The notes beneath the pieces were generated by a model. It made no database searches, had not been told where the DNA came from, and worked only from the letters and a program-made list of their open reading frames with translations. Below are positions 28,601 through 41,350 of a DNA stretch of 64,000 nt, in pieces; within the stretch, counting starts at the first letter, position 1; every line of letters starts with the position of its first letter. Source of the DNA: a virus. The DNA lies in IMG/VR virus record IMGVR_UViG_3300036770_002122, positions 29,198 through 93,197 of that record. One strand, 5' to 3'. The position numbers were made by a program, and so were the translations under genes.

Positions 28601-30617
28601 ACCAGTAAAGCCAACTCCAACTGCAATGCCACAGCAGCCACAAATTAATGTCGGCGGTGTACCTGCAACTAAACAAGATGGCTCATCAAACATGGGTGCT
28701 GTAATGCAAAGCCGCGCAAACTTAAGCAATATTGGCCAGCAAGCAGCACAACAAATGCAAGAAGATGATTTAGATGAAATGGATAAAGGTGATTGGTTGA
28801 AGCACAAAGCAAAAACTACACCAGGTGACACATTTAAGGCATTTGGTCAAACATTCAAAGATAAAGACGTTTCAGAAACATATGCATTTGAAGATTTAGA
28901 ACAACAATTAAACGCTTTATTAGAAAATAAAGTTGTTAATGAAGGTCTTTCGGTATCGATGTCAACTGGGCAACAAGGTAGCCCAGACAGCGTAAGCGTA
29001 ACTGCTACAGACGGTGATAGTGAAAAACTATTATCATTCATTAAGCAAGTAGGTTTGGGCGGTTTATCAGATGCAGAACCAATTAATACTCCTGCTGAAC
29101 CAGCAGTTGTTGCAACAGTAAGTGATTACGGCGCGCCTAAATTCAGCGGTCATGAAATGCCAAGCATGGATGATTTGCTATCAAAATTAACAGGCATCGA
29201 ATCACATGACGATCATGGTCATGATCATGGGCATGGTGATGAAGAATCAACATGTAACGAATGCGGCATGATGGAAAGTTCATGCGGCTGCGAAAAAAAA
29301 ACTGAAGAAGTTTTAGAAACTACAGTTGAAGCGCAGGTAAAATCAGATCAACTTGACGAAGCAGCACCTGCATTAGCAGCACTAGGTAGATTAGCAGGTC
29401 TTGCAGGACGCGCAGCATTAGCAAATCCTGGTAAGGCTGCTATGCTTGCAAAGCGTGCCGCAAGCGCATTCAAAAAAGATAAAGAAGAAGTAGACGAAAC
29501 CGAAACATTAGATCAACGCGAATTTATGGTCGCTGAAGATGACGGTGAAGGCTATGAACAAAGTCAAGCAGATGCAGGCAAGATTGATAGCGCATTAGCA
29601 TTAAGCGGCGCATCAAAGGGCGGCGCAACTAACGAAGATGCCATGGATCTAGGCTTAGGCGGATCAATGAAAGATATGATGTCAAAATTAGGAGACATTG
29701 AAAATAAATCAATGTCAACTAATACTTCAAATGACACATCATCATATACTGTAGATGGCAAACCAGCAACTAAAGATGAATATGATAATGCTATGAAGAA
29801 TTTCAAGATGCCAACAATGCCAACAATGCCGACTATGCCAAAAATGCCTAACATGCCAGCAGGTATGGAACTTCCTGAATTGCCAGAACTTCCTGATTTA
29901 TCTGATTTAGGCATGGGCGCTGCTGGCGGTGATGACAATGTAAGCATGTCAAGACAAGAATATAATGATCTTATCAATGCAGCATTACCTGGCGTAACTG
30001 TTACAGGCAAAAGAGTAGGTGGCGACGATGAGTTGCAACCAGTAACTATTGCTAGCAAAAAGAGAGAATTGCCTGGAAGTGATGATGAGTTACAACCAGT
30101 AACTATTCAATCAAAGAAGCGTGAAATGCCTGCAGGTGATGACACATTTGTAGCAAAAGCAGATGATGCTGAAATTGCAAATATTAAAAAGTCACTAGAC
30201 GACATGATGAAAGATATCATGCCTAGAATGGCAGGTCGTGACCAAGATTGGTTAGACGCTCAACAAGATCAACAACTAGCAACACAAGGTGCTGCAGGAG
30301 ATTGGTTCAGAAGTGCATTAGGTAGAGGGGCAAATTTAAATGATCCTAATACTAGAGCAAAACTTGATCGTCTTGCTAAGAAAGCACAAACTAATGAGCA
30401 AGAAAAGTTAGATGAATGGGCAAATGATGCAGGTCAAAAAGGCACAGATGCAGCATTCACCCGTGATACAGACTTTATGACTCAAACTATCAGCGGTGGA
30501 TTGAACAAGCCTAAGTCAACAGGTCAAACTACAATCCCTGTTATTGCTGGTCAAGAAGCAAGAGAAGGCGACGAAGATGTGCAAGCCTGGAAGAAATTAG
30601 CAGGTCTAGCGAAGTAA
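25674..30617 (+). CDS. 1647-aa low-complexity modular protein, candidate internal head polyprotein
   Basis: Many (L/I/V/M)-x-E sites separating unrelated segments; DxDxDG motif; short tandem repeats. Confidence 0.6.
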   Translation: MEFKKFLELVNEAESTAEKDDKAKKAGEEVTKDIEYDEGHKGSDDERAEKAGKKVAADIRYDDKKDKKKSLKEYFEETEQEIINEGQFPIPVVGPDNKPIAGQSGFLNVSVPGQAGVAVNDMLRRLGARGLSIILPPNRIQQQQQQQALAAAKRASVQTSGKQVAEETVDEGIDDVVKLGTKYGDDIAKQFSNFASGFKNPQGAMNLPNQSLASKAGAATSRGGPAIGAGAGAAGMAALGGDDKPAADNKPAAVAADNKPAAAAPAAPEAPAAPAEPVAPEAPAVDTAPPAPPSDEIDRIQQLAGMSDEEKYGKVGAEIRKLDPEAYKNRPRDYQGNIDLLNKLRAQKADDTTAPPAADTKADDKPADAKADEKPADAADASDELEPVTVTGKRTQPADQDKEGDAELGRLLNLSGANTYDELGNWLKNRDKPAGSTEEPKAAEPAKEPESKPEEPAVDAAGEEPAVDAAGEEPAPAAAIEPKTSYRVVDPSTGRARNVSKEKYDQMVARGQIDKDKGLDYQFKVRDPDGSIRTVKQGDPDWQKYADQAEKTVASNYNQLQGEPEGEEGEEGEEKSGRPSLFRRLFNIGKDDEGYYLGKKRGRDNAPDDTEEKSELSEGKLAEKWEGDVKVEPTGEYKNKTKAQLQAMLARLHKTGPHKKGSKEAKQQSQINFALRAKGGWKKGEGAAMKSVEEDATAAQPSKLQQRHQDNFAAKQQAAHSKQDSQAKDYLASKGVSDQNAAKLMAKPMREEKVDEKFASQQQAKLMYAAAGDKKVAKKTGVSQDVAKEFIKKSHGQKVSKLPKKVKEAEIPKSGPDYGAGLGAGRSDNVLEAKPDFIDLDKDGDKKESMKKAAADKKKKKVNESMSNLLKAAYSEGYVHGLREQPCRVKHYQDMEEAKHYFEGYKCGLEECYGLVPGRGYVDEESSQDVVDNMASFGAVGVEENTNQNMAAVPVQKAQAGQVNTSATNPAPQQNVPVKPTPTAMPQQPQINVGGVPATKQDGSSNMGAVMQSRANLSNIGQQAAQQMQEDDLDEMDKGDWLKHKAKTTPGDTFKAFGQTFKDKDVSETYAFEDLEQQLNALLENKVVNEGLSVSMSTGQQGSPDSVSVTATDGDSEKLLSFIKQVGLGGLSDAEPINTPAEPAVVATVSDYGAPKFSGHEMPSMDDLLSKLTGIESHDDHGHDHGHGDEESTCNECGMMESSCGCEKKTEEVLETTVEAQVKSDQLDEAAPALAALGRLAGLAGRAALANPGKAAMLAKRAASAFKKDKEEVDETETLDQREFMVAEDDGEGYEQSQADAGKIDSALALSGASKGGATNEDAMDLGLGGSMKDMMSKLGDIENKSMSTNTSNDTSSYTVDGKPATKDEYDNAMKNFKMPTMPTMPTMPKMPNMPAGMELPELPELPDLSDLGMGAAGGDDNVSMSRQEYNDLINAALPGVTVTGKRVGGDDELQPVTIASKKRELPGSDDELQPVTIQSKKREMPAGDDTFVAKADDAEIANIKKSLDDMMKDIMPRMAGRDQDWLDAQQDQQLATQGAAGDWFRSALGRGANLNDPNTRAKLDRLAKKAQTNEQEKLDEWANDAGQKGTDAAFTRDTDFMTQTISGGLNKPKSTGQTTIPVIAGQEAREGDEDVQAWKKLAGLAK
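27033..27098 (+). repeat. 27-nt in-frame tandem repeat (EEPAVDAAG x2.4)
   Basis: gaagaaccagccgttgacgc repeated at 27-nt spacing. Confidence 0.8.
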
Positions 30618-30635
30618 TTTGTCGTTAATATAGTT

Positions 30636-30668
30636 AAAAATACCCGGCTAATCACCGGGTATTTTTTT
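30636..30668 (+). terminator. Rho-independent terminator
   Basis: aaaaatacccgg-ctaatca-ccgggtattttttt. Confidence 0.9.
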
Positions 30669-30722
30669 GGCAATTGCTTTGCTATAAAAACGATAAATAC
30701 TATATTAAAGGATATTGGATAG

Positions 30723-34133
<3,411 letters not shown>

Positions 34134-34142
34134 GGATAACAA

Positions 34143-37064
34143 ATGAGTAATCCAATTACATGGGTTACAGCGTCAGGTATAATAGGTGTATATCCTGCTG
34201 AAGTACCTATGATATATCGTCTTGCTGCGATGGCACAAGACCCATACACTATCACCAAATTTGAAATAATTAGTGGTACATTACCTATAGGATTATCATT
34301 TAGAAGTGATGGTAAAATTTCAGGAACTCCGGACGTTATAACTAATGATATTAGTAGTGAGTTTGTTGTTCGTGTAACTGCCAGTGACGGAATAAACACT
34401 GCTTTTAAAGACAGAACTTTTAGTATTACTATTACAGGTGAAGCCACTCCTCAATTTACTACTACTGAAGGATTATTGTTTACAACTGAAGATAGTAATT
34501 GGATAGAATTTCCTATACAATATTCAAATCCTATTGAAACAAATCAAGTTTTAATACGTGTGCTTCAGGGTCAATTACCTCCAGGATTAGAAATAAATGA
34601 ATTTGGTTTAATAAGAGGATATCCAGAACCACCAATTTCTCAAACTAATTTACAAGAAGTTACTACAACAGCCATAGCCTCAGATAATACAAATAATTCA
34701 GTTACAGTTTTAAGCACTACAGATTTTTTTATTAATAGACCCATAGTATTTACGGGAGTAAGTTTTGGTGGCATAGAGTCAGACCAAGTATATTATATAA
34801 AAAGTATTATTAATGCTACTCAAATTACAATATCAATAGCACCGGGCTCTGACACTTTAATTGTAGATACTGCTGCAGGTTTTATGGATGTAACATTACC
34901 TGCAACAACAATAGGTCAACCTACAAAACGTCAATTTAATTTTACATTAGATTTATTGAGCGAAAAGGGTAATGATAGAGCAACTTATGCTATTACTGTA
35001 GTCAATCAAAATTTAGGCACTAGTCAAGGTGGACCAGGCAAAGCAATAGGTACACGAATACCAACAATTTTAAATACTAGACCTGCTACATATAACATAG
35101 AGTCAAATGAAATTGATTATGGTTACTATGTGTTACCTCCTGCAGGATCAGTAAATCCTCCGGGAATTACTTATGAACCTACACAACAGGCCTATATAGG
35201 TGAATTTCAAAGTGATAACTTTTTTAGTTTTCATCTATTAGGTTTTGATTTTGATGGTGACCAACTAACTTATATTTTAGATGGACAACCTGCATGGTTA
35301 AACTATGATAGTAATACTGGCTGGTTATACGGAACACCAAATTATCCGGCTGACACAATACAAGAATTTTCATTTTTAGCAAGAGCATTTAAAACTGTAG
35401 GATCCGCAGTTTATAATAGTGTTGATTTTAATTTTAATTTTAAAATAAGCAATGGAATTTCAGGTACGGTAACATGGAATACTGATAGTAATTTAGGTAA
35501 TATAAACAATGCATCTATAAGTTATTTCAATGTTAAAGCAACATCAGATGTTGAATTAGAATACGTATTAGAATCAGGTTCGTTGCCACCAAACTTAACG
35601 TTATTACCTGACGGAGAAATAATAGGAATTGTAGCATATCAACCAAGTGATAATTATCAACTTGAAAACGAAAGTGCTACCTTTACATTTAGTGTGACTG
35701 CAAGGGCGGTAGACAGTTCATTGACATCTTTCATTAATAGTACTAAGACATTTACAATCACGGTACTACAAGAATATAGTGAACCAACTGATAATTTGTA
35801 TATTAAATGTACACCTATACAAAAAGACAGAGATATTATTGCATCTTTATTAACTAATACTAATTTAATACCTGAAGAATATTTGTATAGACCTGTAGAT
35901 CCAAATTTTGGTAAAGCAAAAAATATTACATACGCACATGCTTACGGCATTAATTCAAGTAATCTTGCAGAGTATTTGGAAGCAGTTAAGAAAAATCATT
36001 ATTGGAGAGACATTACATTAGGAGAGTTGAGTACTGCTGTAGCAAGAGATGAAAATAATAACATTTTATATGAAGTAATATACAGTAATGTTATTGATAA
36101 TTTAACTGTTTATGATCCTAAATTCGGTATTGATTATAGATATAGTACAAGTATACCAGAAGAAATATTTTGGCCTAGATTTATTGATTTAAATTTGGGA
36201 CCATGGTATACAACAAACACAGAAATATATACTTCTTTTATCTTTAACCAAGAAGCAGAAATTATAACTAATTTTCGTGAATATACATTATTAACACAAG
36301 ACGGTATTCCTCTTTTATTAAACGGTGGTATCCCTACATTCTATACAAGTTTAACGCCGGGCTATGCTAGAATATTATATCCTAATAGTTTAGATAATAT
36401 GCGTTTGCGTGTTGAGCAAGAATTAGGAGCAAATAATAGTTTTAGACTACTGCCATTATGGATGACTAGTCAACAGCGCGATGGCGACACATTGGGATTT
36501 ACTCCTGCTTGGGTTATAGCCTATACTAAACCAGCACAACTTGTGAATGTAACATCTACACAAACTATAGGTATTGATGCCATTCAATTGTATGCAGTAA
36601 TAGTTGATGATGTAAGTGATTTAGTAGTGGGCAAACCAATAGTATTTTCAGGAAACACTTTCGGAAATATAGTTAGTGGTGCAACTTATTATATTAAACA
36701 AATAGGCGCTACAGGTTATCCAAATGCTATTATTTTAAGTACATCTGTTGATGGTCTAACATATAAAGTAGTAACTGAGACAGGAAGTATGTCAGGAGTA
36801 TTTGATCCTATCAGTTACGCAGAAATCATTAAAGAAAGAATTGAAAATGAATGGCCCTTCACACTTAATGAAATTGATTTTGAAATAGATAGATTTGCGG
36901 TCAATAAGCAAATTACATATAATTATGATACATTGTTATCAACTCCTGCGTGGTCTGAATATCCTAGTGCGACACCGCCGCCGGTACCATTAGACTCTAG
37001 TGATTTTTATGTAATTTTCCCAAACAAAACAATATTGCCCAAAAAGACCCAATATAATTTATAG
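34143..37064 (+). CDS. Baseplate wedge-type protein with Ig-like (He_PIG/cadherin-like) repeats
   Basis: Repeated G.LP.GL.....G.I.G.P units; YPNS..NMR..LPLWM.S.Q tail. Confidence 0.65.
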   Translation: MSNPITWVTASGIIGVYPAEVPMIYRLAAMAQDPYTITKFEIISGTLPIGLSFRSDGKISGTPDVITNDISSEFVVRVTASDGINTAFKDRTFSITITGEATPQFTTTEGLLFTTEDSNWIEFPIQYSNPIETNQVLIRVLQGQLPPGLEINEFGLIRGYPEPPISQTNLQEVTTTAIASDNTNNSVTVLSTTDFFINRPIVFTGVSFGGIESDQVYYIKSIINATQITISIAPGSDTLIVDTAAGFMDVTLPATTIGQPTKRQFNFTLDLLSEKGNDRATYAITVVNQNLGTSQGGPGKAIGTRIPTILNTRPATYNIESNEIDYGYYVLPPAGSVNPPGITYEPTQQAYIGEFQSDNFFSFHLLGFDFDGDQLTYILDGQPAWLNYDSNTGWLYGTPNYPADTIQEFSFLARAFKTVGSAVYNSVDFNFNFKISNGISGTVTWNTDSNLGNINNASISYFNVKATSDVELEYVLESGSLPPNLTLLPDGEIIGIVAYQPSDNYQLENESATFTFSVTARAVDSSLTSFINSTKTFTITVLQEYSEPTDNLYIKCTPIQKDRDIIASLLTNTNLIPEEYLYRPVDPNFGKAKNITYAHAYGINSSNLAEYLEAVKKNHYWRDITLGELSTAVARDENNNILYEVIYSNVIDNLTVYDPKFGIDYRYSTSIPEEIFWPRFIDLNLGPWYTTNTEIYTSFIFNQEAEIITNFREYTLLTQDGIPLLLNGGIPTFYTSLTPGYARILYPNSLDNMRLRVEQELGANNSFRLLPLWMTSQQRDGDTLGFTPAWVIAYTKPAQLVNVTSTQTIGIDAIQLYAVIVDDVSDLVVGKPIVFSGNTFGNIVSGATYYIKQIGATGYPNAIILSTSVDGLTYKVVTETGSMSGVFDPISYAEIIKERIENEWPFTLNEIDFEIDRFAVNKQITYNYDTLLSTPAWSEYPSATPPPVPLDSSDFYVIFPNKTILPKKTQYNL

Positions 37065-37103
37065 TAGGAATAGCGTATATAAATACAGTATGGAATTTAA
37101 TAC

Positions 37104-38399
37104 ATGAGTAGCATTAACACAAACAGCCTAGATGTCAATTATCCAATTCCTGGACAAAATAATAGTACTCAGGGATTTCGTAATAACTTTACCAATATCA
37201 AACAGAATTTAGATATTGCAGGAAGTGAAATCAGTGATTTACAAAATAAGGCTGTGTTAAAGTCAGCATTGGCTAATAGCGTAGTTAATAACGATATGGC
37301 AAACACATTAATTGCCAATGCATCTACATTACAATTCAGAGCAACAACTTATAATTTGGGCAATGCGTTAGTAGGTAATGTATTAATAGACTGTAGTTTA
37401 GGCGATGTTCAATATGGTACGCTTGCCGGAAATATCACTTTAAATTTTGGTAGTTGGGCTCCTACAAATACAGAAGGACATGTATCATTAAATTTAGCAA
37501 GAGCAAATGCTAATATTGATGTGTACATTTTCTTCCCTAGCGACACACCATTTAGAAGTATTGAATTACTAGAAAATTATGTATTGGCAAATAATACTCC
37601 CGCACTAACTTTCCCATATGGTAGTACAAAAATTAATCTACTACTAACAAGTACAGATTGCGGAAACACAGTAGATATTAGTCCAACTAATAGACCATTT
37701 AAGAGTACATCAATACAGTTCGGTGTTCCACCTAGCACAGGTAGATTAGGTGACACAAACGGCACAATCTACATGCCTGAAAGTGTCAACCAACTTAAAG
37801 TAACTGATACTATAACAGGCACCGACCTTTTAACTGTAAGCGATACTTCATCATTATATACAGGCATGCCATTAATGTTTACAGGTTCTGTATTTGGCGG
37901 AGTTAATACAGCAAATACTTATTATGTACGAAATGTGATCTCAAACACAACTTTTACTATATCTGATACTACATCAGTTGCTAGTAATGTAACATTATCA
38001 TCAGCAAGCGGTAATATGTACGCTAACCCTATTAGTTACATTTATGTTGCGGTTGATGATTGCAGTGCTAATGCTGTGAACAGAAGTATTGCTAATACCG
38101 CTGCACCAAACATCATCACAGTATCAGGCACAACAGCAAATCTCGTTGTAAATTATCCAATACAATTTACAGCAACAGCAAATGCAAATGCTAATACTTG
38201 CGGCTTAACTGTGGGTAGTGTTTATTACATTAAATCAATAGCAGGAAATGATATTACAGTCAGCACAACACGCTATAATGGTGTTGCAGGCCCCGAATAT
38301 CAAGGTGTAACAACAGTAGGTGCCGGCGACGTTGATATAGACTATACAGTATACGATGGTCCAGACATTTTCCGTAGAATCCCATTGCAACCATTTTAA
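37104..38399 (+). CDS. Virion structural/baseplate protein
   Basis: YPIPGQNNSTQGFRNNF N-terminus; beta-rich body; TATAAATA 37078-37085. Confidence 0.65.
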   Translation: MSSINTNSLDVNYPIPGQNNSTQGFRNNFTNIKQNLDIAGSEISDLQNKAVLKSALANSVVNNDMANTLIANASTLQFRATTYNLGNALVGNVLIDCSLGDVQYGTLAGNITLNFGSWAPTNTEGHVSLNLARANANIDVYIFFPSDTPFRSIELLENYVLANNTPALTFPYGSTKINLLLTSTDCGNTVDISPTNRPFKSTSIQFGVPPSTGRLGDTNGTIYMPESVNQLKVTDTITGTDLLTVSDTSSLYTGMPLMFTGSVFGGVNTANTYYVRNVISNTTFTISDTTSVASNVTLSSASGNMYANPISYIYVAVDDCSANAVNRSIANTAAPNIITVSGTTANLVVNYPIQFTATANANANTCGLTVGSVYYIKSIAGNDITVSTTRYNGVAGPEYQGVTTVGAGDVDIDYTVYDGPDIFRRIPLQPF

Positions 38400-38402
38400 T
38401 AT

Positions 38403-38639
38403 ATGGAACATCCCTTCATAAACGATTTATCCAAAAAAAGTTTAGAAGAGTTACAAACAGATATAAGTAATTTAACATCTAAATTAAACTTTGCATATAG
38501 ATCCAACCACGGTCCATTAATTAACCAAATACAAATGGCTTTGGAAAGTTATAGAAATGCATATACTAAAAAAATGGATGAGTTGATTAAAAAGCAGAAT
38601 ATACAAACTCAAGTGGTTATTGATAAAAAAAGCAAATGA
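38403..38639 (+). CDS. Hypothetical protein
   Basis: 78-aa helical ORF, coupled. Confidence 0.65.
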   Translation: MEHPFINDLSKKSLEELQTDISNLTSKLNFAYRSNHGPLINQIQMALESYRNAYTKKMDELIKKQNIQTQVVIDKKSK

Positions 38640-39166
38640 ACATACAAATAGAAAAAGACTTTACATTTATGACAGCCATACACTTTGAAAAAAAGTATAT
38701 GGTAAATTTATATGAATTACATGCAAAAATGGAAGTAATGACAGAAGATGTTAGAGAACAAAATATTGCTGTTGAACGCATGAATTATTTTCTTTCTAAC
38801 CATATAGAAGATATTATATTTGTACAAAATACAGAAAAAGAAGCAATACAAAATTATACTAATGCTGGAATGAAAGTGTGTATAATTCCTGAAGAACCAT
38901 ATGATCAAATTATAGGCATGCTTTTGATAAACAAATGCAATGCTATAATGGAAGGTAGAATAGTAGTAAATGAAATAGTATTTGGAAGTAAATTAAGCAA
39001 CCTGATAAAATTTAATATAAGTGGTGAATTAGCCAAACTTGAATACTCAGAAGATAATTGGTATAACAAAAGTTCCTTATCATTTACTGATAAAAATAAA
39101 AAAGAAAAAATAGTAACACTTTTTGATAAAAATAATTGGGCACAATTAGAGTTGACTTGGAAGTAA
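38636..39166 (+). CDS. Hypothetical protein
   Basis: 176-aa ORF, ATGA overlap. Confidence 0.65.
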   Translation: MNIQIEKDFTFMTAIHFEKKYMVNLYELHAKMEVMTEDVREQNIAVERMNYFLSNHIEDIIFVQNTEKEAIQNYTNAGMKVCIIPEEPYDQIIGMLLINKCNAIMEGRIVVNEIVFGSKLSNLIKFNISGELAKLEYSEDNWYNKSSLSFTDKNKKEKIVTLFDKNNWAQLELTWK

Positions 39167-39180
39167 AATTACTTTATAGT
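39152..39180 (+). promoter_or_regulatory. sigma70-type promoter
   Basis: TTGACT-N17-TATAGT, 6 nt before ATG 39187. Confidence 0.65.
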
Positions 39181-39186
39181 AGTTAG

Positions 39187-39693
39187 ATGCATACTGACAA
39201 ATATGGTCAAATTATCTTAAACGAAGATGATATTTGTAATCTTTATTTGACTGATCCAACTCGTTATTTTAAAATAATAACAACAGATACGGAAATAGTT
39301 ATACCTAAACTATTAGAATTAGAAAATATTCCGTTATTGAAAAAATCATCAGAATTAGAAATTTCTATTGAAGAATTTGATAAGTTAAATCAACATAACT
39401 GGCACATGCCCGATAGTTATAAAAATATGGATATCGCCAAATACGTATTAGAGCAGTGTACAAATGATGAAGAATTACAACGTGCAGGTATGGAACTGTT
39501 GTTATTCCAAGAACGAGATATGTTTGATCTGTTGAAGTATCTAAAATATCTAGTTGACACCATGCGTAACAATAATATAGTATGGGGTGTTGGAAGAGGT
39601 AGTAGTGTTAGTAGTTTTGTTTTGTATCTATTAGGAGTCCACAAAATAAATAGTCTTTATTATGATTTGTCTATTGACGAATTTTTAAAGTGA
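39187..39693 (+). CDS. dnaE: Free-standing fragment of a family-C DNA polymerase (DnaE palm N-part)
   Basis: WGVGRGSSVSSFVLYLLGVHKINSLYYDLSIDEFLK matches the DnaE GRGS...L.FERFL region. Confidence 0.8.
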   Translation: MHTDKYGQIILNEDDICNLYLTDPTRYFKIITTDTEIVIPKLLELENIPLLKKSSELEISIEEFDKLNQHNWHMPDSYKNMDIAKYVLEQCTNDEELQRAGMELLLFQERDMFDLLKYLKYLVDTMRNNNIVWGVGRGSSVSSFVLYLLGVHKINSLYYDLSIDEFLK

Positions 39694-39702
39694 GGGAATA
39701 GT

Positions 39703-40020
39703 ATGGCACAATATAGATCAGCGCAGGGTAAAATGATTGATATGAATGCACTGGCTGCAAAAAATGAAAAAGTTAGGGCAGTAGGCAATATGAAAGTCAA
39801 TGCTAGGGGAGACACCATCGATGCGCACGGTAAAATTATCATACCGGTCACCCAAAAGGTTGGTGCAGCATATGAAGCAACCGTAGGTAATAAAAATGCA
39901 CAATCTAAAAAGTCTAAGCCTACTAATACGAAATTAACCAAAGAAGAAATAGAATTACAAGAATTTGATGAATTTAGCAAGGAAATTGAATCGATTAAGT
40001 CAAAGGAGAATAAGAAATAA
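39703..40020 (+). CDS. Conserved hypothetical protein
   Basis: AVGNMKVNARGD motif, RBS GAGG. Confidence 0.7.
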   Translation: MAQYRSAQGKMIDMNALAAKNEKVRAVGNMKVNARGDTIDAHGKIIIPVTQKVGAAYEATVGNKNAQSKKSKPTNTKLTKEEIELQEFDEFSKEIESIKSKENKK

Positions 40021-40022
40021 TT

Positions 40023-40379
40023 ATGGCAAACATTAACCCTTACAAAGTAGGCAAACTAAAAGCACTAGGTGATACAATTATTGTATCTGAAATGGAATTT
40101 AGTGAGCGTATCAGCGCAGGTGGTATCATTCTACGTAATGATGATACAAAGAGTGCAGGGATTCGTCCACGTTGGGGTAAGGTTTATGCTGTAGGTCCTG
40201 AAGCCAAAGGTGTAAAGGTCGGACAGTATATTTGTATTAGTCATGGTCGTTGGACACGCGGTATTAAGATTGAAGATGAAAATGGTGAGCAGACCATTCG
40301 TAAGGTTGATCCGAAAGATATATTATTGGTAAGTGATGAGCCTGTAAATGATGCGACACTTAGCGATAAGGAAATCTAA
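40023..40379 (+). CDS. groES: GroES-like co-chaperonin
   Basis: LKALGD.IIV, mobile loop SAGGIIL, GKVYAVGP, VKVGQ. Confidence 0.85.
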   Translation: MANINPYKVGKLKALGDTIIVSEMEFSERISAGGIILRNDDTKSAGIRPRWGKVYAVGPEAKGVKVGQYICISHGRWTRGIKIEDENGEQTIRKVDPKDILLVSDEPVNDATLSDKEI

Positions 40380-40383
40380 ACTG

Positions 40384-40412
40384 TTGACATCAACTAACTT
40401 TTCTTATAAACT
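40384..40412 (+). promoter_or_regulatory. sigma70-type promoter
   Basis: TTGACA-N17-TAAACT, 6 nt before ATG 40419. Confidence 0.7.
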
Positions 40413-40418
40413 GCTTGT

Positions 40419-41342
40419 ATGAAAAATAATCTCTGGGTCGAAGCGTACAGACCTAAAACAGTTGCCGAATATGTTTTTGTCGATCAACGACAAAAAGACA
40501 TGGTTACAAATTGGATCAAAGATGAAAGTATACCTCATTTACTTTTAAGTGGTGATCCAGGTACAGGCAAGACGACATTGGCAAAAGTTCTTATTCAAGA
40601 ACTTGGAATTGAAGATTTTGACGTATTTGAAATCAACGCATCACGTACAAGAGGTATTGATGTAATACGTGATCAAATTAATAGTTTCGTGCAGACTATG
40701 CCATTCGGCAAGTTCAAGGTAGTGCTGTTAGACGAAGCGGACTATCTCACACCTCCGGCGCAAGCCGCCTTGAGAAATGATATGGAATCGTACCATCAAA
40801 CGGTACGCTATATCCTAACTTGTAATTATGCATACAAGATCATTCCTGCACTCAAGAGCCGCTGTCATGAAATGCATATTGCTAATACAGATATTACTGA
40901 ATTTACTGCCAGAGCCGCAACAGTACTTGTTAATGAGAATGTAACTTTTGATTTAGATGTATTGGATACTTATGTACGTGCGACATATCCAGATTTGCGC
41001 AAATGTTTAAATCAATTGCAAGTCAATAGTCAGACTGGAACTCTTTTGCCCCCAGACAACTCTTCATTTAATGAAGATGCACTATTGGTTAAGGCAACAG
41101 AATGTTTTAAGTCAGGCAACATTGTTGATGGTAGACAGTCACTACAAGAATATATTAAAACTTATCCTACTAGGGCAGAAGATATCTATTCGTGGATGTA
41201 CGAGAACCTAGATTTATGGGGTAAAGATAATCAAAGTAAAGATAACGCTATTATTACAATTCGTAATGGTCTTGCTAATCTTACTTTAGTTGGTATACCC
41301 GAAATTGCTATTGCAGCAACTATGATTGAACTTACATCATAA
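40419..41342 (+). CDS. gp44: Clamp loader AAA+ subunit (gp44/RFC-like)
   Basis: WVEAYRP, GDPGTGKT, LLDEAD, SRC motif. Confidence 0.92.
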   Translation: MKNNLWVEAYRPKTVAEYVFVDQRQKDMVTNWIKDESIPHLLLSGDPGTGKTTLAKVLIQELGIEDFDVFEINASRTRGIDVIRDQINSFVQTMPFGKFKVVLLDEADYLTPPAQAALRNDMESYHQTVRYILTCNYAYKIIPALKSRCHEMHIANTDITEFTARAATVLVNENVTFDLDVLDTYVRATYPDLRKCLNQLQVNSQTGTLLPPDNSSFNEDALLVKATECFKSGNIVDGRQSLQEYIKTYPTRAEDIYSWMYENLDLWGKDNQSKDNAIITIRNGLANLTLVGIPEIAIAATMIELTS

Positions 41343-41350
41343 ATAAACCT

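Noticed and set aside
29292-29300. A9 run as a programmed frameshift site
   Set aside because: Encodes E-K-K-T in frame within a continuous ORF; no evident stimulatory structure or long alternative frame.
39187-39693. Split intein or pseudogene explanation for the DnaE fragment
   Set aside because: No intein N-terminal block follows the fragment, and no degraded remainder is visible in adjacent frames; neighbours are intact unrelated genes.
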